Source: Myxococcota bacterium (lineage in GTDB: Bacteria > Myxococcota_A > UBA9042 > PHBI01 > JACKFB01). Taken from it: a DNA stretch of 64,000 nt. The stretch is taken from contig JBNJGB010000024.1 in assembly GCA_051747385.1 (NCBI GenBank), forward strand, positions 25,797 through 89,796, given 5' to 3'. The notes beneath the pieces were generated by a model that did not search any database, was not told the origin of the DNA, and saw only the letters and a program-made list of their open reading frames with translations. Below are positions 59,967 through 64,000 of the stretch, piece by piece (position 1 is the stretch's first letter; every line of letters begins with the position of its first letter). The translations under genes and the position numbers were made by a program.

Positions 59967-61202
59967 ATGGCGACCGACGGACCCGACAGCCCTGCGCGAC
60001 CCGACGACCGCCGCGCCCTGACCCACGTGGGCGGGCGCGTCCGACTGATCGGCGACGGCGCGTTCGCGGACCTCCTCGAGGACGCGGCCTGTCCGCCCGG
60101 GGAGGACGACGGGCGAGCCCTGACCCACGGGTTCCACACGTGGCCCGCCCGCATGCACCCGCACACGGCCCGGGTGCTGGTTCGCGCCGCGCCGGCCGAG
60201 GGCGCGATCCTGGACCCGTTCATGGGTGGGGGCACCGTGCCGGTGGAGGCGCTGCGCGCCGGTCGGGCGTGCCACGGCGCGGACGTCAACCCGGTGGCCC
60301 TGGAGGTCGCTTGGGCCCGCACGCGGGTGTGGTCGCGAGAGCGCCTGGAGGCCCTCGAGGCCCGCGCGGGCGAGGTCGTGGCCACCGCCAGGAGGCTGCG
60401 CGCCCAGGCCGGCGTGCCGGACGACCTGCGCCGCCGGGAGGGGCGCTGGTACGATCCGCCGGCCCTGGCGGAGGTCTGGAGCCTGGCGGAGGCCATCCGG
60501 GCCGAGGGGGATCCGAGGCTCGGTCGCATGCTGCGGGCGTGTCTGTCGTCGCTCCTGGTGAAGGCCTCTCGACAGGAGTCCGACACGGTGCCCCGGAAGG
60601 CGCGGAAGCACCGCTGGGTGCCGAAGGGCCGGGTGGAGCGCTGGTTCCGCCGCCGCGTGCGTGAGGTCTGCGGGCGTCTGGCGGATCTGGCCGCCGAGGT
60701 GCCCGAGGGGACGCCGCCGCCGCGCCTGTCCGTGCGGGACGCCCGGGCCCCCCTGCCGGGGCGGATGGGGCCGGTCGCGATGGTGGTGACCTCCCCGCCG
60801 TATCCGGGAGTGTACGACTACGCGGAGTACCAGGACCGCCGGTATGCGGCCCTCGGGCTCGAGTCGCGGGCCGCCCTGCGGGACGAGATGGGGGCGCGAC
60901 GGGACGTGAAGAAGCGCGGCTGGATGTCCGCCGCCTGGCGGTTCGAGCAGGACCTCGGCGCCGCCATGGCACGCTGGCGGGAGGCCCTGCGGCCGGACGG
61001 CCTGGCGGCCCTGGTCATCGGCGACGGCGAGCACGGGGAGGGCGTCATCCGGGTGATGCCTCTCCTGGAGCGCGCCGCCGGGGAGGCCGGGCTGGGCGTG
61101 CGGGCCGCGGCCAGCCAGGCGCGACCGGTGCACGGCCCGGCCCGCCGCGCCGGAGTGAAGCAGCGAGAGGAGCACGTGGTGATGCTGGGGGTGGAGCGTT
61201 GA
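59967..61202 (+). CDS. SAM-dependent methyltransferase with N6-adenine/N4-cytosine-type motifs (motif I then motif IV); DNA versus RNA substrate unresolved
   Basis: Motif I ILDPFMGGGTVPVEA followed by HGADVNPVALEVA (UPF0020-like), and motif IV VVTSPPYPGVY about 190 aa later; 411 aa. Confidence 0.6.
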   Translation: MATDGPDSPARPDDRRALTHVGGRVRLIGDGAFADLLEDAACPPGEDDGRALTHGFHTWPARMHPHTARVLVRAAPAEGAILDPFMGGGTVPVEALRAGRACHGADVNPVALEVAWARTRVWSRERLEALEARAGEVVATARRLRAQAGVPDDLRRREGRWYDPPALAEVWSLAEAIRAEGDPRLGRMLRACLSSLLVKASRQESDTVPRKARKHRWVPKGRVERWFRRRVREVCGRLADLAAEVPEGTPPPRLSVRDARAPLPGRMGPVAMVVTSPPYPGVYDYAEYQDRRYAALGLESRAALRDEMGARRDVKKRGWMSAAWRFEQDLGAAMARWREALRPDGLAALVIGDGEHGEGVIRVMPLLERAAGEAGLGVRAAASQARPVHGPARRAGVKQREEHVVMLGVER

Positions 61203-61633
61203 GCGGAGAGGACGGCTGGAGCGACGAGCGGACGCCCCTCGCCGAGGTGCGGGAGCGGCTGCGGGCCTTCAACCGGGACCGGGAGTGGGGCCAGTTCCAC
61301 AAGCCCAAGGACCTGGCCATGGCCGTCACCATCGAGGCCGGAGAGCTCCTGGAGCCGTTCCTCTGGAAGGCGGAGGGCGAGGACCTGGACGTGGACCGCA
61401 TCCGCGAGGAGATCGCGGACGTGATCATCTGCGCCGTGAACCTCGCCGGGCGCCTGGACATCGACCTCCTCGAGGCCGTGGAGGCCAAGATCCGCCGCAA
61501 CGCCGAGAAGTATCCCGTCGAGCAGGCCCGCGGGCGCGCCGACAAGTACGATCAGCTCGACCAGCGGAGCGCAGGGCCTCGCGCCAAGGCGCCAAGCCGC
61601 GAAGCCGCGGAGAGTTCGGGAAAGATGGAGTAG
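61199..61633 (+). CDS. MazG-like nucleotide pyrophosphohydrolase (all-alpha NTP-PPase), 144 aa
   Basis: EWGQFHKPKDLAMAVTIEAGELLE...EEIADVIICAVNLA matches the MazG/NTP-PPase helix-metal-binding pattern. The TTG start overlaps the methyltransferase stop as TTGA. Confidence 0.6.
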   Translation: MSGEDGWSDERTPLAEVRERLRAFNRDREWGQFHKPKDLAMAVTIEAGELLEPFLWKAEGEDLDVDRIREEIADVIICAVNLAGRLDIDLLEAVEAKIRRNAEKYPVEQARGRADKYDQLDQRSAGPRAKAPSREAAESSGKME

Positions 61634-61718
61634 GAGCGTCGTCCTCGGCGGCGCCCCACGAGAGACAGTCGGGGCGGCGGCGCCGCCGGCGATGGATGCT
61701 CCTCGCCGCCAAGCCGCG

Positions 61719-63330
61719 TCAGAGCTTCCTGTACAGCGCCCAGCGACCCTGGCGCGCGACGAGCTCGACGCGGCGATCCCAGCGGCCGAAGGGATTCCTC
61801 GGGTGCTCGGGACCGCCGTCGCGCACGAGGAAGTAGTCGTACCAGCGGCCGTGGCGCGGGAAGCGGAATCGGTGCGGCGTCCACTCCCAGCGGTTCGGCA
61901 GGCGGGGCGGGGCGGCGCCGTCGGCGTAGCGCACCGGGGATTGCGGGAAGTCCACGAAGGAGAAGGTCGCGACCCCGCCGCGCTCGACGACGTAGTACTG
62001 CCCGAAGTGCAGGTAGGGCGCGTGGTTCACCACCTCGCTGCCCCGGTCGAAGATGAGCGCCGTGAGGCGCTTGCCCGGCGCGGCCTGCCGGACCACCTCG
62101 CGGACGGCGCCGGCCTCGTCCTCGAAGGCCTCGAACTTCTCCACGTGCACCGATGCAGCCCACAACGACAGCGCGGTGGCGGGGACGACCAGCAGCCACG
62201 GCCGCGCGGGGAGGCGCCGCCACGTGAGCGTCGCGAGGCCGAACAGGACCACCAGGGGGGCGAGCCGGTGCGAGATGGGCCAGATCCACTTGTAGGAGAT
62301 GGGCGACAGCAGGTAGATGCCCGCCATCACCACGGCGAGGATCTCCGGCGTGCGCTCCCGGAGCCAGGCCCGCCGCGGGCCGTAGTCGGCGATCTCCTCC
62401 GCCGCCGGGGACGAGCGCCGGAACAGGAAGAGCACCAGGCCGAGGGCGAGCAGGGCGAAGAGGAGGACGTCGTCCGCGTCGCCCCGGTAGGCGTCCAGGA
62501 GCTGGCGCGGGAAGGCGGACAGGCGGTCGAGCATGGGCTCCCAGCGGACGTCCACCGGGGAGACGTTCCGGCCGCCGTGTCCCTGCTGCCACTCCTCGGC
62601 GCCCGCCAGGATCCGCGAGCGCCCGATCCACACGCCGAGCAACGCGACGGCGGGGACCAGGTGGAGGCCCTGGCGCCACCAGTGCCGCGGGTGGAGCCCC
62701 CGGGGCGTCGTGAGGCCGACGATACCCGCGAACAGCCCGTACAGGAGGAACGGCTGGGCGTGGCTGTAGAAGAGCAGCACCGTGAGCGCCACGAGGCCTG
62801 TCCAGCGGATCCAGGAGAAGTCGTCGATCAGGCGCCGGAGCACCGCCAGCGCCCATAGCAGGATCGGGAACGCGGCCACGTAGTTCACGAAGCCCATGAA
62901 CAGGAACGTGTTGTAGGCCAGCGGCGCGGCGAGGAGCGCCACGGCCGGGTCCCGGCCGAAGGCGCGCAGGTAGGCCGCCATCGCCAGGGGCAGGCCGGCC
63001 GCGTACAGGGAAAGGACGACCCGGTTCGCCACCTCCAGGGGCATGAGCCAGGCCAGGGCGTCCACCGCGAAGTAGTAGGCCAGGTACTGGGTGTCGGCCA
63101 GGTGGACCTCGTAGTAGGGCGCCATGCCGAAGGCCGGATCGGCGAGGTCGTGGAGGATGCGGATCGTCGCCAGGTGCTGCGGCAGGTCCATGAACGGCAG
63201 CAGCGACGTCACCCACAGGGGCACCACCAGGGCGACCAGGCTGACCAGCAGCCCGGCGACCAGCCAGGGATCCCGACGGACGGCCGACCAGAGGGGTCGG
63301 GCGGCTGTGGGCGCGGGCTGGGACACGGTG
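61719..63330 (-). CDS. Hypothetical polytopic membrane protein with a C-terminal soluble domain
   Basis: About 11 predicted TM helices after WLVAGLLVSLVALVVPLWV. The track ORF 61719..63689 runs through a repeat element; the real start is probably near 63330 (GTG or internal Met, unresolved). Confidence 0.5.
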
Positions 63331-63393
63331 GCGCTCCTCTCCGGCGGGGCGTCGCCGTGGACGACGCCGGGGCAGCGGCTTATAGCGAGGGCG

Positions 63394-63600
63394 AGGGGGC
63401 TTCGGCAACCGGGAGGGGGCTTCGGCAACCGGGAGGGGGCTTCGGCCAGGGCAATCGCAGACTCGAAGAACTGTGGGCCGTTCGGCGGTACGGCGTCCGG
63501 CGCCGGATTGCACCCGCTCGGAAACGATGGACTTTGCGCGTCTGAGAGCAGGCAAGGGGGGCGGTCGACTTTGCGACCGCCCTGGGGCTTCGGCAACCGG
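63394..63600 (-). mobile_element. Family A MITE-like element, copy 4 (core 63449..63583, reverse orientation), flanked by tandemly repeated 16-20-bp direct repeats
   Basis: The reverse complement carries the same hairpin, one CCCTTG unit, the CCATCGTTTCCGAGCGGGTG box and the GCGATTGCCC end. Flanks: gggggcttcggcaaccggga repeated two and a half times on one side and ggggcttcggcaaccgg on the other. Confidence 0.5.
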
Positions 63601-63660
63601 GCCGTGTTGCGGACTCGCGCGCGTGTTAGCGTGGATCGCCACAGACCAGGAGGATCCGCC

Positions 63661-64000
63661 ATGGGCGACGAAGCCGCCGCCTTCCCCACCCACCTGAGCC
63701 TGGAGGACGCCTCGGAGCGCGTGCACGAGGCCGTCGAGGCTCACCTCGCGCGGGCCGAGCCCGAGATCGTGGAGGTCCCCATCTGGGAGGCCCGCGGCGG
63801 CGTGCTGGGCCGCGACGTGCTCGCGGATCGGGATCAGCCCCCCTTCGATCGCTCCGCCATGGATGGCTACGCCGTGCGCTCCGCGGACGTGGGCGAGGGC
63901 GGGGCGACGCTGAGGGTGGTGGGGGACCTGCCGGCCGGAGCCTCGTGGGATCGAGGGCTGGCCCCCGGCGAGGCCCTGGCCATCATGACGGGCGCGCCGG
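63661..64000 (+). CDS. moeA: Molybdopterin molybdotransferase MoeA, N-terminal part (continues beyond the window)
   Basis: ATG at 63661 with an AGGAGGAT Shine-Dalgarno. Translation MGDEAAAFPTHLSLEDASERVHEA...DQPPFDRSAMDGYAVRSADV matches the MoeA N-terminal domain. Not in the ORF track because it is truncated. Confidence 0.75.
   Translation, partial: MGDEAAAFPTHLSLEDASERVHEAVEAHLARAEPEIVEVPIWEARGGVLGRDVLADRDQPPFDRSAMDGYAVRSADVGEGGATLRVVGDLPAGASWDRGLAPGEALAIMTGAP

Overview
This is a 64-kb chromosomal segment from a very GC-rich bacterium; third codon positions are almost all G/C. It probably belongs to a Myxococcota-like deltaproteobacterium. That call is inferred from an alternative complex III (ACIII) operon, PEGA-domain Ser/Thr kinase architecture, many lipoproteins with myxo-type Cys-rich tandem repeats, and heavy use of ATGA/TTGA start-stop overlaps. 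Coding density is high, with about 56 protein-coding genes and 2 tRNAs. I found no rRNA, CRISPR array, transposase, integrase or phage genes. Gene content from start to end: ACIII actCBA (actC cut at the window edge); a cytochrome-oxidase biogenesis cluster with SCO1, an ABC-2 exporter and heme O synthase ctaB; tsaC/sua5; tRNA-Glu and tRNA-Lys; one minus-strand run lepA-lepB-pyrR-pyrB-pyrC'-carA; UDP-glucuronate decarboxylase; an S1-domain protein; a butyryl/isobutyryl-CoA operon (thiolase, hbd, crt, two acyl-CoA dehydrogenases, a B12-binding mutase small subunit) with meaB about 5 kb away; an ECF sigma/anti-sigma pair; LMW-PTP with a fructosamine-3-kinase homologue; a lipoprotein/secreted-protein island (Kelch-repeat lipoprotein, PEGA proteins, a 1061-aa Cys-repeat/IPT lipoprotein); comM-recA-ssb; an ALDH with a short malonyl-CoA-decarboxylase-like gene; a PEGA Ser/Thr kinase; a PAS histidine kinase; a methyltransferase/MazG-like pair; and the start of moeA. 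I did not find one clear-cut novel system. The most unusual things are two families of short non-coding insertion elements (family A in four copies with an internal CCCTTG microsatellite, family B in two copies) that look MITE-like, an inactive-type dihydroorotase, a Cu-chaperone-like Cys/His/Met protein, a catalytically dead sulfatase-like secreted protein, and the TTGA-coupled methyltransferase-MazG pair. Most long ORFs in the supplied track that overlap these genes on the other strand are Pro/Arg/Gly-rich GC-frame artefacts. Coordinates I derived by hand (tRNAs, repeat elements, internal starts) may be off by 1-2 nt.
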